Part shown: piece by piece, positions 22,850-35,307 of the stretch | Numbering within the stretch: the first letter of the stretch is position 1 | How the letters are laid out: every line of letters starts with the position of its first letter | From: Saprolegnia diclina VS20 | Lineage: Eukaryota | DNA: 41,727 bases | Assembly (NCBI RefSeq): GCF_000281045.1 | Contig: NW_008246149.1 | Coordinates: 1 to 41,727 of the forward strand | Reading direction: 5' to 3' | Program-made: the position numbers and the translations under genes | The notes under the pieces: model-generated | The model's database searches: none | Told to the model about the DNA's origin: nothing | Seen by the model: the letters and a program-made list of their open reading frames with translations, nothing else

Positions 22850-23417
22850 GCCACGCCCAAACTTTGGCGAACTTGGGCCTCAATTCACCTCCCTTATTCC
22901 CGCACCATCGTATCCGGAAATTGGAAAAAGGCGCGAATGCCGATTTCAAGCACCCTTATTCGCGGCATGTGCCTAGGATCTAGTGGTTCCCATCGCGTCA
23001 ACTCGCACGGTCGCCACGCACCTCGAAAGCGCCCACGGTACCGCATGCACGACTTACCACCTCGTCCCATTCGTCTATAAACCACCGGTTTTCAACAAGG
23101 TCTTGCTGCTGCACCTCCCAATCTCTGGTCGCATAGATGTCCTCCCGCTGCCTAATTCAACAGCACTTCGAATCAAGGTCGCAATACTCAAGTCCCGAGC
23201 GCAATATTATTGTACCAAGACCTGCGAATGGTATGCAGCTGCTTAAGAACGGCTATTGCAAAGCTGTTCATGCGGCCGAGCAAGCAAACAGCATCACATT
23301 AGAATCCGGATTTCACCGTTGGGCGTAGATTCGGCATTAAATGCCACATTTAAGACGACGGAATTGCCGAATGTAATGGGCAAGGATTCCGGATAACGGT
23401 GGCCATTTCGCACCAAG
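22850..23417. promoter_or_regulatory. Probable bidirectional promoter between TRRAP and the AlaX-type gene
   Basis: Head-to-head start codons ~570 bp apart. The spacer is more AT-rich than the flanking coding DNA and holds three TCCGGA palindromes. Confidence 0.5.
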
Positions 23418-24696
23418 ATGTCGGCCGCGCTCGGACGGCTGGCGTGCCAGCGCAACTCGTTCTTGAAGGAGCTCGCGACGACTGTTGTCTCGTGCGTCCG
23501 CGCGCCCAAGCTCAAAGACACCTTCAACGTCGTCTGCGCGGACAGCGTCATCTTCCCGGAGGGCGGCGGCCAGCCCGGCGATCTCGGCGCTCTGCAGCTG
23601 CAAGGCGCGACCTTTGCCGTGACCAAGGCCTTTCCCGAGAACGGCCACTGCGTGCTGCAGACGAGCCATGAGTTTCAGGCCGGTGACAGCGTGCTCATGA
23701 CGCTGGACTGGCCCCGCCGCCACGACCACATGCAGCAGCACTCGGCGCAGCACCTCATCTCGGCGATCGCCGAGACGACGCTGGGCGTCGACACGACCAC
23801 GTGGTCGCTCGGCCTCGTGCGCTGCAACGTCGAGTTCAACTCGACGTCGCTGACCTCTGCGCAGCTCGACGCGCTTGAGGCGGCCGTCAACGACGCGATT
23901 GCCGCCGCCCGTCCGGTCTCGACACATTACAAGGACGAGACCTCGGACGTCCGCATCGTCGTCATGGACCAGCTCGATAGCAACCCGTGCTGTGGCACGC
24001 ACGTTCAGCACACGGGCCAGCTCCAGGTAGAGCCACCTTGGTCTACGAGGACGGCGCGTCTCAGCCTCCGAACTTGTAGTGCGTCAAGTTTCTCTACTCG
24101 GAGGTGGCGCGTGGCTGCACGCGCGTCTGGTTCGTCGCGGGCAACCGCGTCTTCAAGGAGTTTACGACCATGTACATACATCGCTTTGAACATCGTATGC
24201 AGATGCGCGAACTTCGGCCGCGTGTAGGTTTGAACGCGAACGCGCCGCGACAAAGCTGTGGAGCTGTGCGCCCGAAGAGCACAACGAGCGTCTCGCTAAG
24301 CTTCTCCAGGCGCAGTCGGCCGCTGCGAAAGAGCAAAAGGCGCTGCGGCTCGAACTCGCGCACCTCGTTGCGCAGCAGCTTCTTGCGTCGTCGGCCAACG
24401 ACTCGTATGCGATGCTGCACCGCGACGACGCCGACGCTGCGTTCCTCCAAGCTATCTCGCTGGCGTTCACGACATCCTCGCCCAAGGTCCTTCTGCTCAC
24501 GTCGGGCAACCCCAAGAGCGGCGAGGGTGCCATGGTGCTTGCTGGTCCCGAAGCCTTTGTGGCAGCCGAGGCCAAGACGGTCGCGGGCCTCCTGGACGGC
24601 AAGGGCGGCGGTCGCAAGGGGCTCTTCCAGGGCAAGGTCAAGAACGTCGGCAATCTCGACGCTGTCCGCGCGCACTTGGCGACCCTGCACCTCTGA
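23418..24696 (+). CDS. AARSD1: Alanyl-tRNA editing protein (AlaX/AARSD1-like) with a C-terminal DHHA1-like region; 3 exons
   Basis: IFPEGGGQPGDLG, zinc-binding HMQQHSAQHL (HxxxH) and CCGTH (CxxxH), and C-terminal GKGGGRKGLFQGK. Introns at 24027-24079 and 24172-24227 restore a single frame. Confidence 0.88.
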
Positions 24697-24800
24697 GGCA
24701 AATTCCGCGTGATACATACACTAGTATTTCTTTAGTCGTCGTAGAAAGAGAAGTAGTTGCGTGTAAACAAGCTCGTGGAGCGGTTCGACGGCGAGGCCAT

Positions 24801-26666
24801 CTATTCGCACGCAAGCTTCGAGTCAAAGCTACTGAGCGTGATCGCAAACGCTTGTAGCGGGCAGAGCGGAGCGCGAAAGTCCATCGTGAAGAGCTCCTTG
24901 CCCACACGGCCAAACTGCAAAATGACCTAATCATCCACCGAACATAAAACACCGAGTCGACCGACTTGGAGGACTACCGTCTCTTGGTCTTCGGGCGTCA
25001 CGAGCTGGAAGTTCTTGACCGACGCCATCGTGACGCGGCCGTTGAAGTTGAGCACGTATGCACCGACCTGGTCGTTCCACCGCGGTGGCTTGTTGATGAG
25101 ATACGTGAGGTTCGTATGGTCCTGCTCCTTGCACTTGTTGACCATCTCGTCCTCCTTCGTCACGGGGCGCCACACCACGCGCGTGCCATCCTCGCGCACT
25201 CTGGGCACACACACCTTCATCTTGCGCGGCCCGCGGTGCCCGAGCACGTTCTTGGCGTAGACCGCAATGCCGAGTTCTTGGCGAATGCCCGCGGGGTTGA
25301 CCGTCAGCGTGTGCTGGTCCGCGCTCTTGGGGTTCATCCCGTTGTCGTAAATGACAAACTCGGTGCCGATAAAGTTGGCGCGGAGCTTGCCGAGAAAGTT
25401 CTCGCTGCCCTTGCGCGCGAGGTCGCCAAGCTGCATCGAGATGAGGTAGTTGCTCGTGCGGTTGTTCGGACGCTTCTTGGCCGTCAAGAGGAACCGGTCG
25501 CCGTCCTTGAGGTACAAACAGTACTCGGGGAACATCTTGTTGGAGCCTGACCGGTTGCGCTCAATGTAGCACTCGACCACGTCGCAGGCCTTGGGCACCG
25601 GTCTATGCATATTTAGTGTGAGTCGATGCGAGAGATTGAAAATGTACCGCATGAGGAAGGCCTTCATGTCGAGGAGGTCGAGCTTGCCCTTCTTGACGAC
25701 CGGCTTCTTCGGGTTGCCTTTGTCCGGGTCGAACGTGCTCACGGCGCCGTCGTCGTTGGCTTCGTCCTCGGACGACAAGTCGGGCGAGCTCGATCGGTCC
25801 CGGCCCTGCGCACGAGAATGAGTAGGAAAACATGTGTGGGTGAATACCTTCTTGGCCTTGGTGGCCTTGCCGCTTTCGACCCACGTGTCGCTGTTGCCTT
25901 TGGTGCGCTCGCGCTCCGGGTAGCCATCGCCGCTACGAGACCTAAGTACCTTGAGACGATGTCGCGCAAATAGCAACGAGATCGTACCCGCGCTTGTTCA
26001 TCGGTGGTCGGCGGTCGTAGTCGGCGTCGTCGTCGCCATCGTCGTCGCTGTCGCCGGCGCGTGGCTTGCGCCGCTCCTTCTCCGCGGGTCGGCTCTTTCG
26101 GCGATCGTCTTCGGGGCTTTCATCGCGCCACGAGCGGTTGGCCTTCTTGGGCGTCGATCGGCGCCGGGCGCTGCTGTCATCGTCGTCCTCGTCCTCGTCG
26201 TCGCGCGCAAACCGCGCGGGCGCCGCCTTCTTTCCGGCCGCGCGGTCGTCGATAAAGTCGTCGTCACGACCAAAGCGACTACAATCCTGGATCTTAGAGG
26301 CGACGCTTGCGCTTCAAGCTACGTACGAGGGCTTCTCGTCAATGTCCATCGAGCGCGGGGTCGAGAATTGCCGGGCGCCGGTCGTGCGCACGACGCCTAC
26401 CCGCGCCGTGAGCCTTGGCCGCATGTAGTGCGAGTACCTCCGCTCATGCGCTCCTGCATCTTCTTCTTGTGCAAATCGCGCTGCTGCTGGATGACGTTGG
26501 AGCGGCTGCCCGCGGGGCCGCCAATCTCCTCGATCTCGTCGTCGTCGAGCATGTTGGGGTGGGGCTCGCGCGAGATGCTGAGGCGGCTGTCGACGTCCTT
26601 GGCGAGGTCGCGCTCGCGCTGCTTCCCGCGGCCGTCGTCCTCGAACGAGTTCTCTTGCATGAACAT
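24801..26666 (-). CDS. Tubby-like protein: acidic low-complexity N-terminus plus C-terminal tubby domain; multi-exon
   Basis: [71 protein letters not shown]. The last exon reads [41 protein letters not shown]. Introns include 26397-26437 and 24927-24977. Confidence 0.93.
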
Positions 26667-28107
26667 GGCTGCTCTTGTGGCAATCACACGTTTTCGGTTC
26701 TCTGTCGTTTCGGCCCACAGCCGACGGGGGTTACAGACACACTATTCATAGCATCACACACCATTTACGCCCACTCGGTGTCAGCCACGTACAATGGCAA
26801 TCGGCGCGCGCAGTGTGGACGCAAAGGCATCTACGAGAACTCTTGTGTCTCTGTCTCCAGCGGTTGCTAGTGACGCACTGGTAGGAGCACCATCGCGGTG
26901 CCACGGAAGGCGGGAAACGATCGCACACTATTTTCAGTTTCCAAAAACAAGATCCGCCAAGGAACAGCTCGTGGAACGCCTGGCCTGGGAAGTCGTCAAC
27001 GGCAGTCCTTGGGCTCAAGTCGGCGACGGTGGCCCATTCCAGCTGCCACGTAGGCAGTGTCATTTTTACTAATTTAATCTTTAGGAGAATAATTTACCAT
27101 GGGCCAAAGGGATCGAGTCGTCGACGCGGGTGCAGCAGCAAAGGTCCATGTCCGCACGTCACATGCGAAGAGCCGTAGAGATAGCAAGTGAGCTTCTGAC
27201 GTACTGACAGCCTTTCTCTTGGCCTACTAGCAGACTCGTATATCGAGCAGCCGATCCGACGGGATCTCCAGTGATCTTGGTTTGATTGCACACAGGTTTA
27301 TGGCAGCTTGTTGTGGGCATCGTTAGCGCAATGGAGGCGTTGTTAAAGTCACTCCAACCAGTGCCGCCGCTTCGCAATGTTAGTTGTGGTCGTTACGACC
27401 GGGGACTCGCGCCGCAATCGCCTGCCGTTCCAACTAAGTGGATTCGTGCTCTTGGATGCCGTACCTTCCACTTTGCCGCGACCAGCGGAACCATCGTACT
27501 TGGCGACGGCCACTTCCAGTGCTTGGATCTAAACATGTTTATGCTAGAGGTGTGGAATGCACGACGCTAGTAGTAGTAGAGGCTATACCTGCTCTTGAGT
27601 CCACGCCGAGCGCACGGTCTTTTGTCCGGGCGGTGGCGCACTGTCCGTTTAAGCTCCAATTGAAAAATGAGCAGCGGGGCATTGCTTTGAAAAGCAGCGA
27701 TGCAACAGCAGTGCGCGGCTGCTACGTCAATGTATCAATATGCCGGTAAAAGTGGTCATTTTCCGGATATCTGGGTCCAGCATGTGCTGGTCCGGAGAAA
27801 TCCCGGTCGCGCATGGTGATGTTCTGGCTAAAAACACGCCACAATCAGAGAGTCAACAAGGCGTTGTTGTAGGCGATGGCTGCTCTTGCCATGCATGGCG
27901 TATAATTTTATACGCGTGGTTGCCGTATGTTTGATGTGCTGAAGGCCAAAGCGCGAGCGCTATGCAGGCGGCTAACTGTGCCAGGGATACCATGTGGTTT
28001 GGCCCGGTCGCGTTGCAGGCGGGAAAGTTGCGTGAAAATAGAGTATAGTGTTGACAAGCGACCTTTTTTGCTCTTTGCACTCGGACAGCGTCAACGTCAA
28101 CGCGAGG

Positions 28108-29787
28108 ATGATCCAGGCCATCTTCTACAGCGAGTTTGACAACATTGCGGGGCCGCAGATCGTGTACCAGGCGCCGGCCAAGTACGTTCGATGGCATCGC
28201 TGCATCTCACGTCTCTTATTATAGCGCGCTGAGCAACGAGGTCTTTGACAGCGTCTCGGGCTACATCATCATCGACAAGGCGCTCTGCGGCAAGATCATC
28301 ACAGGTCCGCCTTCGTCTTGACGCCGAGCTCAATCTACCTGCTGCGTAGTCTGCCCGCAGGACATCAAGATCGTGGGCTATCCCGTGTGCATCGAAGACG
28401 ACAAGTACCACCGCAACGCCCTCCTCTTCAACATTGGTCCGTCCGCATCGAAGTGTCGTCGCTCATGGCTCGTAGGGTTTGTCTTCCAGCGCTCGATGGA
28501 CTCGACGCCATACAAGCCCATCCTGCGCAAGGTACATGCGACATGATGTTCGCAGTCGCTCAACCTACAATGACTAGCTCGGGTCGCTCATGGAAAGCAT
28601 GGAGAAGGAGAATGGCTTCCTCTCGCGCGAAGCGAGCAAGGTACATGGTCACCTTGTCGCACGCTACTGACCACTGTGGTCTAGGCGACGCTTGCCACGA
28701 TCTTGCCGGCGATCCTGCATGATCTCACACACTTTAGCGAGTGCACGATCCCAATCGACACCGCCAACATCATCAACCTCAAGCTCTTTCCCAAGCTCTC
28801 GACGCCGCCCAACGTCCACGACCACGAAGTACCCGTCGCGATCCGCAATCTCAAGACGCTGCTGCAAAACAGCGGTACAAAGCTTTGCACTGGTGGTTTC
28901 GTACTCTCATGGCAAGTAGCCGAGTGGGACTTGGCGCTGCAGAAGATCGTCCCGTACATTGACGGCGTCAACTACGTCAAGCGCATCGCTGTCATCGCCG
29001 AAGTCGAGCTCTCGATCGGTACACTATATACGTGCGCATACGTCTGATGCGACTCTGTCCAGTCAAGAACTGCATGCGCCAGCTCATGTACTATGGCTGC
29101 ATCACCATGATCGACATCTTCCTCCACTCCAACATCTACGCGACGACCGACAAGATTTCAAGCCTCGTCGAAGACGTCAACTTGCAAGTACGTGCCGGCA
29201 AGCCATCACTGTCTAAGTCGGCGGTAGCGTGCGTGCGTCGCGTACGTGGCCAAGGACGAAGACACGCCGCCGCTCTTCCCGACAGTCTTCTCCATCTACT
29301 GCGCACTGCAGCCGAGCGTGCCCGTGAGCCAGCTCTGGAACACGTACGTCCTTGAGCTTACTCGAGTACTAAGGCAGCAAGACGCGCAGGTATCAAAAGT
29401 CACTGGTGCACATCGACGTCCGGCGGCTCGTGACGTTTGGGCTCATCCATGGTTTCCTCCGGCGCATTCATCGATACCCGATCTCGATTGACCGCAGCCA
29501 GCGCCAAAACATGGCGCTCTCGTCGTCGCCGTCGTCCATCACGGTCGCGGGCAGCGCGCTCAACCAGCAGCAGCGAATCAAGACAACGCCGCCCCAAAGT
29601 AGGTCACCTCGATGGACTGGATCTTATATCGCTCGAACCATTAGCTGGGCTTCAAAACAAGGACAAGGTCAAGCGAATGATGAACGGCGAGCACCATACG
29701 GACGAGATCTGCTGTGCCAACATGCTGCGCTACTCGGACCTCGAGGCCATCCTCGCGGCCGAGCCCCACTGCATTGTCAACAAGTGA
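28108..29787 (+). CDS. NPRL2: GATOR1/SEACIT subunit NPRL2 (nitrogen permease regulator 2-like), ~10 short introns
   Basis: N-terminus MIQAIFYSEFDNIAGPQIVYQAP; internal KYHRNALLFN, WDLALQKIVPYIDGVNYVKRIA, IDVRRLVTFGLIHGFLRRIHRYP; C-terminus MNGEHHTDEICC...HCIVNK*. These match NPR2/NPRL2 family patterns. Confidence 0.9.
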
Positions 29788-30107
29788 GCCAAGATCGGGT
29801 TCAATCAGGATAAAAACACGCCTCTTGAGATGTTATCGAGGACAATGTGGCGGCGCGAGTATCGGTTGATGGGCTTACAATGCGCGCATGCGACATCGAT
29901 GACATAGGCACAGACACTGTGTGTGCTCTGCGTGGGGCGGCCTACGTTGCGGTCGTCCGGACACACCTGGCGGTCCGCCAAAGTTGCGTGTGAGTAGCGC
30001 CTGCCCGTCGTCCGAGGGTATACAAAATGCAAGAGAATAAAATACCGTGCGTCCAAGTTTTATAAATAGCTGGCAGAATCCCGATTTGCTGGAGGCCAAG
30101 GTGTGGC

Positions 30108-32581
30108 ATGGCGGCGCAGTTCCTCGCGTTGCAGTGCAAGGCCCACGTGGCCTTGTCCTGGACGTGCACGGATGGACAGCTCGTGCACGCCGAGCAGATC
30201 ATTGCCTCGTACGGCAGCCCATCGGAAAGCAGCTTTGGTAGCATCATCGCGCCGGCCACGGGCACCTTGACGATCCTGCCGCTGCCCGCCGACGACGTGC
30301 CGCCTGGCACGGACGTCGAGATTGGTCGCATCGAAGTGTGCATGCATCCGATGATCCAGAACAATCGCTGCGTCGTGTGCATGTCCAAGGTGGAAGCCGG
30401 CGAGACGGTCAAAGTGATCTTGGCGCAGGGCCAGATCATGGAGGTCAACCGCGCGACGGCCCGTACGCCGCCTTTGTCCACGACATTTCCGTGCATCTTA
30501 TCCTGCCACGTAGAGGAGCTCGACAGCGAAAACATTGGGCGCATGCTCAAGCAGAAGAAGCTCGTGCTCGTACTCGACTTGGACCACACACTGCTCCACG
30601 CCGTGCGCTCCCAGGACGTGGTCGACGCCATTGACGGTACGCACTCTCCTCATCCAGGTCTCGAGTAACTTGGCGCAGACGACGCGTTGCGCTTCTACAT
30701 CCGCGATATCCCGACCGAGCACGTGCTCCAGCTGCGCCCGGGCCTCTCGACGTTCCTCTCGGAGCTCTCGTCCCTCTACGACTTGCACATCTACACGCAC
30801 GGCACGCGCAAGTACGCCGAGCGCATCGCCGAGATCATCGATCCGGACAACTCGCTCTTCCACCACCGCATCGTGGCCCGCACCGACACGCCCGACGTCG
30901 CCCACAAGTCGCTCAAGGTACTCTATCCCTTTCGCCTCAGAAGCTTCCACAATACGCACATAGCTGCTCTTTCCGTCCTGCGACGACTCGATGATCGTCG
31001 TTCTCGACGACCGCGTCGACGTCTGGAAGGTCCGGTTATCGGTATCTGCTTGATTCGACTGACGTAGCGTTAGGAGAACGCGGGAAATGTCTTTATCATT
31101 GAAGCGTTCCACCACTTCAACACTCGCGCCGAGATCAACAACGCGTCGGGCGGTGCGCCGTCGAATAAGGAGCGCAAGAGGCAAGACAACCACTTGACGA
31201 AAGCGCTGCGCGTCCTCAAGGTACTCTGCCATTTCTATCGCCAGTTGTCACTCTGGCGCGTAGCTCGTACATGAAAAGTTTTACCAGTCGCCCGGCAGCA
31301 CCAGCGTCAAGGCCATCATGGAACAGGTACGACTTGATGTCGACGGGAACCGCGTCATCATGGCTCTATGTACAGATGCGACACGCGGTGCTGCGCGGCT
31401 GCCACATTGCATTTAGCGGTGTCATCCCGATCGGCGTCGCGCCCGAGTCGGACTACCTGTGGAAGCTAGCGCTCTCATTTGGCGCCAAGCCGAGCATGAC
31501 CATGGACAACTTCCCAACCACGCACCTCGTGATCCACCCCAAGCGCCTCGGCACGAAAAAATACCTCGAGGTACAGAACACCATTGTCTCTGGACTTGGT
31601 GGCTGATGCAAAGAGCAGGCACTCGCGATGCCGAGCGTCAATGTCGTGAGTCCGCAGTGGCTCATCGACTGCGCGTCCGAGTGGATGCGCCTGCGCGAGG
31701 ATCGGTACCGCATTCGATCGCTCGTGCCCGCGACAGAGCCGACACGCGACGACAGTCTGATCGCCGAAGTCGTCACCGCCACCGACAACAACGAAGACGA
31801 GGAAGAAACCAAGCAGGTCGACACAACCGAGGCAGAGACGACACAGGATGGCGATGCAGTGGCCGTACTGCCATTGTCCAAGTTGAGGCCGCTGCCGGTA
31901 GGGTTCAATACTGCTTGTGAATTTGGTAGTAGCGTGGTATTATCTAGAGCAAGGGGCTGCTGCGGACAGCCAAAAAGGCGCCGGAAGATCGCAAGACCGT
32001 GACCTTTGACGCACTCCCCGAGAAGATTGAGGCGCCGTTCACGACAGCCATGCGGCGAAAACGTCCGTTGCCGCCAACCCCGGTCGCGGCGCCGAAGCCT
32101 GCAGTCGTCAAGGGTGTAGTCGCAACCGGCGGGTCGTTTGACTTTTTATCCAAAATGGCGACCCGCAAGAAGACAGCGCCGGTCGTTGTCAAGCCTGCCA
32201 TGCCGCTCAAGCCAGCGATGCCGCAGGTGCAACCGCAGTCGCAGCTAAGACGTTGCTGACACTAGTTTTATGGTAGGCGGTGCGGGCAAACGACGACGAC
32301 GACGATATTTTTCGGCGACTCATGCTCGCCGAGAAGCTCGAGGAAGAAGACGCCGACACCAAGCCCAAGCGCAAGTTTGATGGCACGCCGCGACCGCACG
32401 AGAAGCGCAGCAAGGTCGTCGACGACGTCCAGGAAACCGCCGATGCGCAGCGAGACGCCGACATGGACGACGACGACGATGACGAAGACTTTGTACGTCT
32501 CCCATTCTCTCTTGGTTGCTCAATGGTGGACCATAATGGCGTCGCTGTCCATAGATCAATGCGCTGGAGAACGACCTTTGA
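30108..32581 (+). CDS. FCP1: RNA polymerase II CTD phosphatase, FCP1/CTDP1 type (HAD-like FCPH domain plus BRCT); multi-exon
   Basis: N-terminal CMHP...RCVVC motif, catalytic LVLDLDHTLLHA (DxDxT), LRPGL...YDLHIYTHGTRKYA...IDPD, IVVLDDRVDVW, BRCT-like LRGCHIAFSGVIP...THLVI...VVSPQWLIDC, and an acidic tail ending INALENDL* after a final intron. Confidence 0.9.
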
Positions 32582-32772
32582 CCTGCTCCTGCAGCGTTCG
32601 TAGTAGCTCGTAGACTAGTCGTCTGGAACCTCGTAATACAAAGCTAAATGGCTCGACTTCCATCGACAGAAAATGTCGCAAGAACTATATGACATTCTGT
32701 ACAAACAACTGACAATATTGGCGCCAATATACTGCGCGAAACGGTAAGCCTGGCTAAAAAAGGACAGCCCGC

Positions 32773-35253
32773 ATGGTCGACGACGTGACGCGAGGCTTTC
32801 GCGTGCTCTTGCGCCTGCGCGAACCGCCGGCAGGTGCAGCGTCGGTGCTCTTGCCCTCTCTCGCCGGCGTCTCGGACGGCCTCTGCCTTGCGCCGGTGCC
32901 CTTGCATCTTCTTCAATGTTACAGTCACCAACTCGACGCTACTCGATGTAGGATGAGAAGCGCGTGCTGTGGGCCAAGCACAGTGCCACCAAGGCGCTGC
33001 AACTCGATGGTGTCTTCCCGCCCGACACACCGCACGCCATCGTGTACGACCATCTCGCCGACTACGTCGGCGCGGTGCTGTCGGGGCGCGACTGCAGCAT
33101 CGTCGCCTAGTACGTGCTTCGAACCTCGTCAAATCTCTCTTTTATGAGCGCTGTGTCTAGCGGCCAGAAGGGCTCGGGCAAAACTCACAGTCGGCGCTTC
33201 TTTGTAGTCTATCGCTCACGCAAATCGTGTGTAGCCATGAGCGGCGGTACGCCACCAGCAGACGACGGCGCGGTAGGGTGCCCGACGCGTTGCCTGCGGA
33301 ACCGGATTCGCGTAGGAGCCCGAAGCGCCAGTGACCGACGCCGTCCCCGACGACGCCGGGCTCGTGCCGCGTCTCGTGCACGCGCTTTTCAATGCACTCG
33401 ACGGGTCGCTCGACCTCGACGTCCATTGCTCATGCCTCGAGGTACGCGGTTCGAACCCGCGCAGGTCTGACTAGCTCGCAACATTAGATTTCAAACGAAA
33501 AGGTCTACGACTTGCTCGTCGGTGCCACGATGCCTGTGGCGTCGTCGCCGCCACGGCGCATGATGTCGCGATCCCGTCGAAAGCGGACGCTCTGGAACGT
33601 CCATGCCAAGCCGACGCACGAGACGGACGACCTCCCAGTGCTCACGCAAGCCAACGGCGCGACGCTCATCGAGGGCTTGAGTGCCCATGCCATGAAGTCC
33701 CGCGACGACGTCCTTGACGTGTACAACCAGGTAGTACGCGGACCACAGTCACCAGCATCTAAGCTGCGCAGGTCGCCGGCCACCGCTCCAAACGTCTGCG
33801 CCACGGCCACGTCATCTTTCAAGTGACGCTGCAACCGCGCGACCCCACGCGGCGTGCGTCCCGGCTCTTCTTGGTCGACTTGGCGTGCGTCCTTTCTTCT
33901 TCTTCTTCTTCTTTGTCTGGATGTAACGAATGCGTAGGGGCATGGACGTGGCGCCCGTCCAGCACACGCCCGAAGTTGCGTCGATCCACAAGAGCTTGTC
34001 GAACCTCTCGCAGTGCGTGCACGCGCTCGCCCAGCGCCGCGCGCTGGACCATGTTCCGTACCGCGCGTCTGTTCTAACGCGCTTGCTGCAGCCGAGCCTC
34101 GAAGCCGCCGGGCGCACCACCTTTGTGCTGACCGTGACGCCGGCGGCGGCGTCGTGGGACGAGACGTGCACGACGCTCCGGCTCGCCGAGCGGCTCAAGG
34201 GTATCGAGAGTAGCGACGTGGTCCGGCGCGAGATCTTGCCGCCCATGGCGCTCGAGGCCCGAGTCGCTGCCCTCGAGGTACACACGCGGTGCTATAACTG
34301 GCAAATGACCAACCATGGCGCGGTGGTAGGCGGAGAATACCCGTGTGCGGGCGCTTCTCGAGGCGGCGCGGACGCAGCTGGCGCAAGCGACCGACCACGA
34401 GAAGACGCTAGCGACCGAGAACGACATGCTGCGATCCCACATCCGCGCGTCCGAAGCCATGCTCCGACGCGTGCGCCTCGTGCTCACAAATGAGGCAGAC
34501 GACAATCCAACGCCAGCGACGGTGCGCTCTGGTTCCCCCAACGCTAGTGACTATCGGTAGCTTATGTCATAGCTACCCATCGAGCCGGACAGCCATACTA
34601 GTGACGAGGAGCAACATCGGCCAAACAGTAGTAGTAGTAGCACACTGCCAGCGCTTGGTCTCGGCGCGATCCCAGGTGCGGCCACGTCGGAGGTTGCGAA
34701 TCCTTGTGGTGGACCGGGTGTGTGTTTGTAGAAGAGACGTTGCCGTGGCGGCTGCAGAAGAAGCTCGTGACGATTCCGCTGCCGCTGCGCGTTCAAGAGT
34801 GCAAACGAATGCTCTCGGCGACGAAGCGGGCGGCAAAGACGTCGTCTTCCCGGCGCCGACGCAACGAACGACCGCCCGACGACAACGACGTGTGCAACGG
34901 CGACGACGACGACAGTTGTTCTGCCAGTGGCAAGTTGCCCGTGCTCGAGAATGCACCGACCGTCGAGAAACAACCGGCGCCACCACGGTCGTTCGCGCCG
35001 AAACACCGAGGTCGCAGTGCGAAAACGAGGTGCGCGTGCTCTTGTATCTAGCGCTAACGTGCGATGCAGTGCACGCAAGGCCGACGAAGTGCAGTTGCCA
35101 CAACTCACAAGAGCCAAAGCAAAGCATCCGGTGTCGTTCCAGTACGCAGTGTTGCTCGACAACGAGAGCCAGGCGCTGCTGCAGATCGACGACTACAAAG
35201 CCCACCGACGTGTGCAACTCGAAGCGACGTTAGAGGCCCCACCGTCGTGCTAA
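32773..35253 (+). CDS. Divergent kinesin-like protein: N-terminal motor domain, short coiled coil, low-complexity tail; multi-exon
   Basis: FRVLLRLR, P-loop GQKGSGKTHTM, NEKVYDLL, LFLVDLAG, IHKSLSNLSQCVHAL, HVPYRASVLTRLLQPSL, ETCTTLRLAERLK. The tail exons to 35253 were joined by eye and are less certain. Confidence 0.82.
33893..33913. repeat. (TCT)n microsatellite in a kinesin intron
   Basis: tttcttcttcttcttcttctt. Confidence 0.7.
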
Positions 35254-35307
35254 CAAGAATATCTAGTTGCCGCATTCGTTAACCCTCCCAGACCGAAAGG
35301 CGGGTAA

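Noticed and set aside
10348..23080. Many long plus-strand ORFs (up to 716 aa) opposite TRRAP
   Set aside because: Antisense or alternate-frame shadows of a GC-rich coding sequence. They are Arg/Val/Leu-skewed and show no domains.
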